From Balanoglossus misakiensis (Eukaryota > Animalia > Hemichordata): DNA of 64,000 bases. A model generated the notes under the pieces. The model did no database searches. It saw only the letters and a list, made by a program, of their open reading frames with translations, and was not told the origin of the DNA. Positions 13,153 to 24,261 of the stretch are shown piece by piece. Location: NCBI GenBank assembly GCA_040954595.2, contig CM082592.2, forward strand, positions 682,001 to 746,000. The letters run 5' to 3'. A program made the translations under genes and the position numbers. Each line of letters opens with the position of its first letter. Position 1 is the first letter of the stretch.

Positions 13153-15440
13153 GGTCATTACCAGGTGCCATTACCGTTTTGTGATGACGGTGTTACGATG
13201 CCAAACAACAAAGTGGCAGTAGAATATCGGCTTTCTCAGTTGGGAAAGAAATTTAGAAACAACGATGACTATCGTCAAGAATATACTACCTTCATGGAAA
13301 GTATTATAGACAAAGGCTATGCTGAAAGGGTGCCACAGGAAGAATTGGAAGGCAATCCTGGAAAGAAATGGTATCTTCCCCATCATGGAGTATACCATCC
13401 ACAGAAACAGAAAATCCGGGTAGTCTTCGACTGTGGTGCAGAATACAAGGGAACTTCTTTGAACAAGGAATTAATGCAAGGACCGGATCTGACCAGTTCA
13501 CTTGTAGGAGTGCTTATACGTTTTCGTGAAGAGCGGATAGCACTGATGTCAGATATAGAGGCTATGTTCTCTCAAGTTGGCGTGTCGCAAGAAAACCGAG
13601 ATTTCCAGCGTTTTCTGTGGTGGCCTAATGGTAATGTAGAGGAACCTCCTGTCGAGTACCGAATGACAGTGCACATCTTCGGGGCTACATCGTCACCCAG
13701 TTGTGCAAACTTCGCGTTGAAGAAAGCTTCAGACAATACTTCTGATCTGAGTGTCAAGAACACCATATCTAGAAACTTCTACGTTGATGACATGTTGAAG
13801 GCAGCATCAACAGTGATGGAAGGAAAGTCTTTGGCTGAAGGGCTGACAGACACCTGTAAGAAATCAGGGTTCAAGCTCACAAAGTGGATCAGCAATACGC
13901 GTCCAGTTTTGGAAGCAATACCTGAAGAACAAAGGGCGATAGAGGTGAAGAACTTAGACTTGGAGCAAGATGACTTGCCAATGGAGCATGCACTCGGTAT
14001 GCAGTGGAACGTGGAATCTGACGAATTCGGATTCAGAAATCGTACTAAAGAGAAACCAGCGACCAGACGAGGAATTCTGGGAGTGGTTAGTTCATTATAC
14101 GACCCACTGGGCATGGCAGCACCAGCGCTTCTGCCACCCAAGATGCTTTTGCAGCAGCTGTGTAAAGCACAACTAGGCTGGGATGATGATATTCCTGGAA
14201 AACAACGCAAAGTGTGGGAGAATTGGTTGAGGGATCTACCGAAATTAGAAGAGTGTTTCGCAGTACCCAGATGTATAAAGCCCGAGCACTTTGGTGAAGT
14301 AGACACAGCTCAGCTACATCACTTTGCTGATGCCAGCGAAAATGGATATGGCGCTGTATCATATCTTAGGTTGATCGACAAAAGCGGAAACATCCACAGC
14401 ACTTTGATGATGGCCAAAGCAAGAGTGGCTCCATTGAAGCAAATATCGATCCCACGAATGGAATTAACTGCAGCTACTGTAGCAGTGAGGCTTGACAAAC
14501 TTCTCAGAAATGAGGTGGATTTGCCAATCAATGAATCCGTGTTTTGGACGGATAGCAAAACCGTGCTGCGGTACATAAACAACAAAACCACAAGATTTCA
14601 TACCTTCGTGGCGAATAGACTAGCAGTGATTCGAGGAGGATCAGACCCAGCGAACTGGCGCTACATTAATACCAGTGACAACCCGGCAGATGAGTGCTCT
14701 AGAGGTCAGAAAATAGATGCTTTTCTGAAGAACGAAAGATGGATAGGTGGTCCTGATTTCTTGCGGAAGACACAAGACAAATCGCCAAGTGATAGCTACA
14801 ATACACAGCTAGATCCAGAAGATCCAGAGGTGAAGAAATCTGCACTAGTGCATAGAATAGCCTTGAGGTCGGAAGAAGAAACTGTACCCGTTGTGTTGGG
14901 AACAGTACCTGTTGTTTCGGGAGAACGACAGACGCCTGACAAAGGGGCGGATCGATCCATGTCCGTTAATGCGGAGGAGACGGTTCAGAAAATGATAGAC
15001 CACTACTCCAGTTGGTATAAACTGAAGAAAGCAGTGGCCTGGATACGTAAAGTGGGTGACACATTGTTGAGATGTGCCAAGAACAAAAGTCGTCGTACAG
15101 ATGGACCGCATGAGATTACAGTATCGTCGGACGACGTTAGAGACTTAAAAGCATTGACACCCATTATGTTGCTTACTATGAAGGGAGCAGCAACACCCCC
15201 TGGTGTGACGGAGAAGAACGACTTGTATGCTGTACACAGATGGAAGCAATTGCAGTATTTGTCAGATTTGTATTGGAAAAGGATGAGAACACCTCCAGAA
15301 ATGCGTGGCCTTTGGGTGTAATCGTCAAAGTTATGCCTGATCGGAAAGGGGTGGTGAGACGAGTATTGGTGAAGACCAGATCCAGTGTTTTAGAAAGACC
15401 ATATGATAAGTTGTGCACATTGCTGGAAGCACAGACTTAG
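13153..15440 (+). pseudogene. pol: BEL/Pao pol fragment (RT, RNase H, integrase core deleted, C-terminal tail), right copy
   Basis: Native-looking frame starts at GHYQVPLPF and has the same motifs as the left copy. Inferred internal deletions near 15105 (integrase zinc finger and core missing) and near 15283 (frame change). Confidence 0.92.
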
Positions 15441-15808
15441 TGGTATTGGTATGGTTGCAGTTACCAGCAGCTGTAATAACAACGATCTCAAGTAGTGGCC
15501 AGTCTATCCACTACGTCCAGCGTTTGATCTCATCTTTGAAGTACAGATGTGTTGGATATCATGCTTGGCAGCATGATTGACCGGACGAGGTCTGGGCATG
15601 GTCTAGGATGTATCATCACATTCATGAAGAAAAGGATTCTTGTATTCGCGTTTCCTGAAAAACTTTCGACTTCGCGTTTCGAGATATTTATAGATATTGT
15701 TTTGTAATTTCTATTTGATATGTAATTTCGGCACATATGGATGTTGGCGTTTTGAATTTGCTAGGATGGAAATTGTTAATGTTTGTTCATGAACAATTTG
15801 GGGGCTGG

Positions 15809-16195
15809 TGTAAGGACGCCCAGTTCTTAGAGAAACTGAAATATTTAGTCTAGCGCCCTCGCGCTGTGAGTACATTAGCGCATGCGCTTTTGTTTAGAAA
15901 ATATCTGGAAAATTCCATGGCGCACATGTGAGGACTTTTGCACAGTTAGCCTGGGGATTTTTGCCAGTTTTCTACGGAAACTTCAACCACCGCGACGCAT
16001 CATCCAGTGCCAGTGTTGTATGTTCAGTCATTAAATGTTCGTGTAAAGTTCCGAGCAGCGTTTTCTGTGACATCTGACAAGGAATGTTCGTCGGCGATGG
16101 TGAGCTCCAGTTAGTTAACGGCAAATACTATAGAACCCTGTGGCCTTTGATGTGAATTAGGGCGCCATTTGAGACGGCACATCGAGGTTACTACA
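15809..16195 (+). repeat. 3' LTR of BEL/Pao element (387 bp), right copy
   Basis: PPT-like GGGGGCTGG at 15800-15808, then TGTAAGG...GTTACTACA (TGT...ACA termini); ATTAAA near 16030. Confidence 0.88.
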
Positions 16196-19100
16196 CTGGT
16201 AACGTTGAACAAGTCGATTTTTCTAGGGCCTGGCTCGGCTAAATCTCCGTCACAATATGACAGACACTAGCGTACGTTAGCAACGGTGATCAAGTCAGAT
16301 TTTCTACGGTATGGCTTGGATAAAGCCCCGGCACTCTAGAGCAGAAACACGCGTACAGAGACCACGTTGATCAAGTCTGATCTCCTACGGCTTGGCTCGA
16401 CTGAAACCCCGGCACACTATGACAGACACTAGCGTTCGTTAGCAACGTTGATCAAGTCAGATTTCCTACGGCATGGCTTGGCTAAAGCCCTGGCACTGTA
16501 GAGCAGAAACACGCGTACAGAGACCACGTTGATCTACTCACATTTCCTTCGGCCTGGCACGGCTGATGCCCCGGCACTATATATAGGACACAGACTGGCG
16601 TAAGTTAACAACGGTAATCACGTCGGGTTTCCTACGGCCTGGCTCAGCTGAAGCCCCGGCACTCTAGAGCAGAAACAGGCGTACATTGACCACGTTGATC
16701 AAGTCAGATTTCCTACGGCGTGACTCGGCTGGTGCACCGGCTCTATATGACACAGACTGGCGTAAGTTATCAACGGTGATTACGTCGGATTTCCTACGGC
16801 CTGGTTTAGCTGAAGCCCCGGCACTTTAGAGCGGAAACACGCGTACATTGACCACGATGATCAAGTCAGATCTCCTACGGCCTGGCTCGACTAAAACCCC
16901 GGCACACCATGACAGACACTAGCGTTCGTCAGCAACGGTGATCAAGTCGGATTTCCTTCGGCCTGGCTCTGCAAAAGACCTGACACTCTAGTACAAAGAC
17001 GTTGGCTAAGTCGGGCAAACCGAAGAGGGAAAGCCACAGCGGGTCAACACTCGACATTTGTTCGGGTAGGACTGCATTATTGCCTGTCAATTTGTAGAGA
17101 AAGCTCGAATTTAACCAGGGCGTTTCAAACACCGACGTTAGTTGGGGGCACGGCCTGCAGTACTGCCGGGTAAGCTGACATCGGCGTACCGCATGTAATG
17201 TAGGGGGGGGGGGGGGAAAACAGAACGGTTCAATACTACATTTATCAGATATCAGCTAATTTTGGACAATCATCTTAAATATATCTAATTCATTTTTTCA
17301 TATTTGGATATCTGATGATGTATGAAATTTCCATTATATGTAAAAATGGTGCTGATTATAAAAATGCACTCTGAATGAGCTGATTTAATACAAAATTGCG
17401 TTTTATTCGTTTTTTGCACCAAAAAAGTCATTTTTAGGCAAAACATTCTTTATTTTTTTAATTCGGTGACCTGATCATATATAAACAATTGCTTGTATGT
17501 TAAAAGTTTTTCTGACTTTTAAAAGCAGTGACACTGGCGGCATTCAACACGAAAATAACAATTTTAGCCACAATTTGGTCAAAATGGTAAATTTTTGAAA
17601 ATTACAAAAAATACCTGTTTTCTACATTTTCGGAAATCTGATGGAGTATAGAATGCTCTTCGTATGTATATATCGATACAAATTCCACAAAAGACCGTCT
17701 AATTTGGCTCACTGCAGACAAAATTGCGTTTTACCAAATTTTCCTTGAAAATGTCATTTTTAGAAAAAAAATAAAAAAAACCTTTGTTCTTCGAATTTGG
17801 TGCCCTGATCATATATGACATGTTGATTGTATGTTAAAACTTTCGACCACTCCAAAAATGCAGAGATATTGACGGAATTCAAGAAAAAATAGCCATTTTG
17901 GCCATATTTTGACAAAAATGGTAAATTTTAAAAAAATCTTAAAAAATTAACTCTTTTCTTCATTTTCGGAAATATTATGGAGCATGAAGTGTCGTTCTCT
18001 TGTAAAAAGTGCTGCAAATTCCAGAAAAGGCGGTATAATTTGAATCACCCAAGTCAAAATTACCATTTTCGACATTTTCCGAAAAATTGTCTTTTTTACA
18101 AAATAAATAAGAATAAATTCTTTTCTTAGTTTCAAACGGGTAGAGATACTTTCCACACGGGTTTTCTAACATTGAATTCCCGTTCATCAACTCAGATTTC
18201 CTACAGCATAAGTCGGCTAAAACCCTGACACTCTAGAGCAGAAACAGTTGCACACTGGTAACGTTGAACAAGTCGATTTTTCTACGGCCTGGCTCGGCTA
18301 AATCTCCGTCAAAATATGACAGACACTAGCGTACGTTAGCAACGGTGATCAAGTCAGATTTTCTACGGCATGGCTTGGATAAAGCCCCGGCACTCTAGAG
18401 CAGAAACACGCGTACAGAGACCACGTTGATCAAGTCTGAACTCCTACGGCTTGGCTCGACTAAAACCCCGGCACACTATGACAGACACTAGCGTTCGTTA
18501 GCAACGTTGATCAAGTCAGATTTCCTACGGCATGGCTTGGCTAAAGCCCTGGCACTCTAGAGCAGAAACACGCGTACAGAGACCACGTTGATCTACTCAC
18601 ATTTCCTTCGGCCTGGCACGGCTGATGCCCCGGCACTATATATAGGACACAGACTGGCGTAAGTTAACAACGGTAATCACGTCGGGTTTCCTACGGCCTG
18701 GCTCAGCTGAAGCCCCGGCACTCTAGAGCAGAAACATGCGTACATTGACCACGTTGATCAAGTCAGATTTCCTACGGCGTGACTCGGCTGGTGCACCGGC
18801 TCTATATGACACAGACTGGCGTAAGTTATCAACGGTGATTACGTCGGATTTCCTACGGCCTGGTTTAGCTGAAGCCCCGGCACTTTAGAGCGGAATCACG
18901 CGTACATTGACCACGATGATCAAGTCAGATCTACGGCCTGGCTCGACTAAAACCCCGGCACATCATGACAGACACTAGCGTTCGTTAGCAACGGTGATCA
19001 AGTCGGATTTCCTTCGGCCTGGCTCTGCAAAAGACCCGACACTCTAGTACAAAGACGTTGGCTAAGTCGGGCAAAACGAAGAGGGAAAGTCACAGCGGGT

Positions 19101-22100
19101 CAACACTCGACATTTGTTCGGAAAGAACTGGATTATTGCCTGTCAATTTATAGAGAGAGCCCGAATTTAACCAGGGCGTTTCAAACACCGACGTTAGTTG
19201 GGGGCACGGCCTGCAGTACTGCCGGGTAAACTGACATCGGCGTACCGCATGTAATGTAGGGGGGGGGGGAAACAGAACGGTTCAATACTACATTTATCAG
19301 ATATCAGCTAATTTTGGACAATCATCTTAAATATATCTAATTCATTTTTTCATATTTGGATATCTGATGATGTATGAAATTTCCATTATATGTAAAAATG
19401 GTGCTGATTATAAAAATGCACTCTGAATGAGCTGATTTAATACAAAATTGCGTTTTATTCGTTTTTTGCACCAAAAAAGTCATTTTTAGGCAAAACATTC
19501 TTTATTTTTTTAATTCGGTGACCTGATCATATATAAACAATTGCTTGTATGTTAAAAGTTTTTCTGACTTTTAAAAGCAGTGACACTGGCGGCATTCAAC
19601 ACGAAAATAACAATTTTAGCCACAATTTGGTCAAAATGGTAAATTTTTGAAAATTACAAAAAATACCTGTTTTCTACATTTTCGGAAATCTGATGGAGTA
19701 TAGAATGCTCTTCGTATGTATATATCGATACAAATTCCACAAAAGACCGTCTAATTTGGCTCACTGCAGACAAAATTGCGTTTTACCAAATTTTCCTTGA
19801 AAATGTCATTTTTAGAAAAAAAATAAAAAAAACCTTTGTTCTTCGAATTTGGTGCCCTGATCATATATGACATGTTGATTGTATGTTAAAACTTTCGACC
19901 ACTCCAAAAATGCAGAGATATTGACGGAATTCAAGAAAAAATAGCCATTTTGGCCATATTTTGACAAAAATGGTAAATTTTAAAAAAATCTTAAAAAATT
20001 AACTCTTTTCTTCATTTTCGGAAATATTATGGAGCATGAAGTGTCGTTCTCTTGTAAAAAGTGCTGCAAATTCCAGAAAAGGCGGTATAATTTGAATCAC
20101 CCAAGTCAAAATTACCATTTTCGACATTTTCCGAAAAATTGTCTTTTTTACAAAATAAATAAGAATAAATTCTTTTCTTAGTTTCAAACGGGTAGAGATA
20201 CTTTCCACACGGGTTTTCTAACATTGAATTCCCGTTCATCAACTCAGATTTCCTACAGCATAAGTCGGCTAAAACCCTGACACTCTAGAGCAGAAACAGT
20301 TGCACACTGGTAACGTTGAACAAGTCGATTTTTCTACGGCCTGGCTCGGCTAAATCTCCGTCAAAATATGACAGACACTAGCGTACGTTAGCAACGGTGA
20401 TCAAGTCAGATTTTCTACGGCATGGCTTGGATAAAGCCCCGGCACTCTAGAGCAGAAACACGCGTACAGAGACCACGTTGATCAAGTCTGAACTCCTACG
20501 GCTTGGCTCGACTAAAACCCCGGCACACTATGACAGACACTAGCGTTCGTTAGCAACGTTGATCAAGTCAGATTTCCTACGGCATGGCTTGGCTAAAGCC
20601 CTGGCACTCTAGAGCAGAAACACGCGTACAGAGACCACGTTGATCTACTCACATTTCCTTCGGCCTGGCACGGCTGATGCCCCGGCACTATATATAGGAC
20701 ACAGACTGGCGTAAGTTAACAACGGTAATCACGTCGGGTTTCCTACGGCCTGGCTCAGCTGAAGCCCCGGCACTCTAGAGCAGAAACATGCGTACATTGA
20801 CCACGTTGATCAAGTCAGATTTCCTACGGCGTGACTCGGCTGGTGCACCGGCTCTATATGACACAGACTGGCGTAAGTTATCAACGGTGATTACGTCGGA
20901 TTTCCTACGCCCTGGTTTAGCTGAAGCCCCGGCACTTTAGAGCGGAAACACGCGTACATTGACCACGATGATCAAGTCAGATCTCCTACGGCCTGGCTCG
21001 ACTAAAACCCCGGCACATCATGACAGACACTAGCGTTCGTTAGCAACGGTGATCAAGTCGGATTTCCTTCGGCCTGGCTCTGCAAAAGACCCGACACTCT
21101 AGTACAAAGACGTTGGCTAAGTCGGGCAAAACGAAGAGGGAAAGTCACAGCGGGTCAACACTCGACATTTGTTCGGGTAGAACTGGATTATTGCCTGTCA
21201 ATTTATAGAGAGAGCCCGAATTTAACCAGGGCGTTTCAAACACCGACGTTAGTTGGGGGCACGGCCTGCAGTACTGCCGGGTAAGCTGACATCGGCGTAC
21301 CGCATATAATGTAGGGGGGGGACAGAACGGTTCAATACTACATTTATTAGATATCAGCTAATTTTGGACAATCATCTAAAATCTAAATCATTTTTTCATA
21401 TTTGGATATCTGATGATGTATGAAATTTCCATTATATGTAAAAATGGTGCTGATTATAAAAAATGCACTCTGAATGAGCTGATTTAATACAAAATTGCGT
21501 TTTATTCGTTTTTGCACCAAAAAGGTCATTTTTAGGCAAAACATTCTTTATTTTTTTAATTCGGTGACCTGATCATATATAAACAATTGCTTGTATGTTA
21601 AAAGTTTTTATGACTTTTAAAAGCAGTGACACTGGCGGCATTCAACACGAAAATAACAATTTTAGCCACAATTTGGTCAAAATCGTAAATTTTTGAAAAT
21701 TACAAAAATACCTGTTTTCTACATTTTTGGAAATTTGATGGAGTATAGAATGCTCTTCGTATATATATATCGATACAAATTCCACAAAAAACGGCCAATT
21801 TGGCTCACTGCAGACAAAATTGCGTTTTACCAAATTTTTCTTGAAAATGTCATTTTTTGAAAAAAAAATGAAAAAAACCTTTGTTTTTCGAATTTGGTGC
21901 CCTGATCATATATGACATGTTGATTATATGTTAAAACTTTCGACCACTCCAAAAATGCAGAGATATTGACGGAATTCAAGAAAAAATAGCCATTTTGGCC
22001 ATATTTTGACAAAAATGGTAAATTTTTAAAAAATCATAAAAAATTAACTCTTTTCTTCATTTTCGGAAATATTATGGATAATGAAGTGTCGTTCTCTTGT

Positions 22101-22828
22101 AAAAAGTGCTGCAAATTCCAGAAAACGCGGTATAAATTGAATCACCCAAGACAAAATTACCATTTTCGACTTTTTTTCGAAAAATTGTCTTTTTTACAAA
22201 ATAAATAAGAATAAATTCTTTTCTTAGTTTCAAACGGGTAGAGATACTTTCCACACGGGTTTTCTTACATTGAATTCCCGTTCATCAACTCAGATTTTCT
22301 ACAGCATAAGTCGGCTAAAACCCCGGCACTCTAGAGCAGAAACACGCGTACAGAAATCACGTTGATCAAGTCTGATCTCCTACGGCTTGGCTCGACTAAA
22401 ACCCCGGCACACTATGACAGACACTAGCGTTCGTTAGCAACGTTGATCAAGTCAGATTTCCTACGGCATGGCTTGGCTAAAGCCCTGGCACTCTAGAGCA
22501 GAAACACGCGTACAGAGACCACGTTGATCTACTCACATTTCCTTCGGCCTGGCACGGCTGATGCCCCGGCACTATATATAGGACACAGACTGGCGTAAGT
22601 TAACAACGGTAATCACGTCGGGTTTCCTACGGCCTGGCTCAGCTGAAGCCCCGGCACTCTAGAGCAGAAACAGGCGTACATTGACCACGTTGATCAAGTC
22701 AGATTTCCTACGGCGTGACTCGGCTGGTGCACCGGCTCTATATGACACAGACTGGCGTAAGTTATCAACGGTGATTACGTCGGATTTCCTACGGCCTGGT
22801 TTAGCTGAAGCCCCGGCACTTTAGAGCG
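16196..22828 (-). repeat. 2.05-kb satellite array, reverse orientation (~3.3 copies)
   Basis: Reverse complement of the left-arm monomer; poly-G tracts at ~17203, 19259, 21314. Confidence 0.97.
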
Positions 22829-23755
22829 AGACGTTCTTTGCCGAGTAGGATGCTGTCAGACAACGCATCGACTTATTTATCGGCTGCCAATGAAATCAAA
22901 ACACTGTTTGATACGCCAGAAGTAAATGACTTTCTCGCCGCACATCGTGTACAATGGACGTTTATACCGAAGCGCGCGCCCTGGTTTGGTGGCTTCTGGG
23001 AGAGGCTGATTGCTTTGACAAAGAACGCTATTAGGAAAACTCTCGGTCGAGCTTACCTAACCTTTGATGAACTCGCAACAGTTGTGACTGAAATTGAAGC
23101 CGTTTTAAACGACGGGCCGTTAACGTACGTGTCATCCAGTATAAACGACAACATTGGATTGACCCCAAATCACTTGCTACATGGCAGGACACTGACATCA
23201 TTGCCGTACATCGAGATCACCGACGAAGAGGTGATTGACCCATCTTACTGTGATAATCGTGAAATCAACAAAAGATATGAACATCTATCAAGATTACACG
23301 ATCAATTTTGGCGAAGATGGTCTTCCGATTATCTGACTGCCCTACGTGAACGACATCCCACCAAAGGAACTCGTGATAATGTCATCAAGGTCGGAGATGT
23401 CGTGATAATACACAGTGACACTGACAAACGTCCGAAATGGCATTTAGGAACTGTAACAAGGTTGATCTTCGGTAATGATAAACTGGTACGATCTGCGGAG
23501 TTGAACACCGCAGGTGGTCCTACAAACCGACCTATCCATAAATTGTACCCATTGGAAGTTGTCTCCAAGGAGCTGTCAACTGTGTCTGGAGATAATACAG
23601 GTATTGGAGCAGATTCCAACACGAATACTGAAACAGTCGACACAGCTGGAGCCTCTGAAGATTCCTCGGTGAAGGCGGATTTTGTACCCCCGAGACGACC
23701 TGTCAGAGACTCTGCAGTTGCCGCTCGAGTACGAATAGCGGATCTCTCTATTTGA
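22829..23755 (+). pseudogene. pol: BEL/Pao integrase core (second half) plus C-terminal domain, 5'-truncated
   Basis: RRSLPSRMLSDNA, WTFIPKRAPWFGGFWERLI, EIEAVLN, LTPNHLL, FWRRWSSDYL, VGDVVII, RPIHKLYPLE are characteristic BEL integrase motifs. Confidence 0.92.
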
Positions 23756-23929
23756 CTTTGAAATTGGAAAACAATTTCGATCGCATTGTGACTGTTATCA
23801 TGTTTACTGACACAATGAACATTAGTTTATTATCCTTGAACACTTTAGGTGACTTTAATCATATTTCATGTTATTTGATGTTTTTTTTTCTGACGATTTT
23901 CGAGACTTTCCTTTGCGCGGGGGAGAATA

Positions 23930-24261
23930 TGGAGAAGTGAGAGATTTACTCCAGAAGGATCACGTGACGGAAACTCTTACCCTATCAGAGTTGACTTTGT
24001 TTCCCGCCAAACTTTATACTTGTAGCAGATTTATTGTAATTTTTGAGTGTTTGCTCCGGCGTTCGTGGGACTTATATATAACCCAGATTTGGCGCTTTCG
24101 GGCAGCATTTTCTAAGGAGCTCTGTGGTGTTACTTTGTTGATGGATTCAGATGGTAATAAACCAGTGTTTTACCTAGCACTGAATCGTTCGCTTCTTTTC
24201 CGACGTCAGTATACTCGAACCCCCTCCCGGGAGTATTGATCACTGCCACGATACTTCCCCA
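23930..24261 (+). repeat. 3' LTR of second BEL/Pao family (~332 bp)
   Basis: Termini TGGAGAAGT...ACTTCCCCA (8/9 inverted repeat, TG...CA); TATATAA at ~24075; AATAAA at ~24156. Confidence 0.82.

Larger units (their letters stand above)
9381..16195. mobile_element. Palindromic BEL/Pao LTR retrotransposon remnant: two inverted 3' halves around a rearranged centre
   Basis: 9381-12395 is the reverse complement of 13181-16195 (mirror coordinates sum to 25576); mirrored ORFs in the ORF track; Pao-type pol motifs. No gag or 5' LTR/PBS is visible. Confidence 0.95.
22829..24261 (+). mobile_element. 5'-deleted BEL/Pao LTR retrotransposon fragment (second family): integrase C-terminal half, PPT and 3' LTR
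   Basis: Abrupt satellite-to-integrase junction at 22829; PPT GGGGGAGAA at ~23919-23927; LTR ends at 24261, where satellite resumes. No TSD. Confidence 0.9.

Noticed and set aside
12394-13703. The 310-bp direct repeat lies exactly 1000 bp from its partner
   Set aside because: A round number with no mechanistic meaning I can support; treated as coincidence, though worth confirming in raw reads.
10255-15321. 748-aa and 755-aa ORFs as intact genes with novel N-termini
   Set aside because: Their N-termini are antisense read-through of rearranged pieces (RT fold-back and protease); gag and the integrase core are missing.
9381-16195. Single element with long terminal inverted repeats (DNA transposon or DIRS-like) or two independent insertions
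   Set aside because: No transposase or tyrosine recombinase, no TSD, and the mirror symmetry continues into the satellite with the same insertion base and shared variants.
21385-21435. Hammerhead-like core TC-ATAT-TTGG-ATAT-CTGATGA-TGTAT-GAAA in the AT block of most monomers (hammerheads are known from some animal satellites)
   Set aside because: Stem II cannot close (T/T), stem III fails beyond one pair, and the paralogous 340-bp subunit lacks the core (CTGATGGAG). An RNAMotif/Infernal scan or cleavage assay would settle it.
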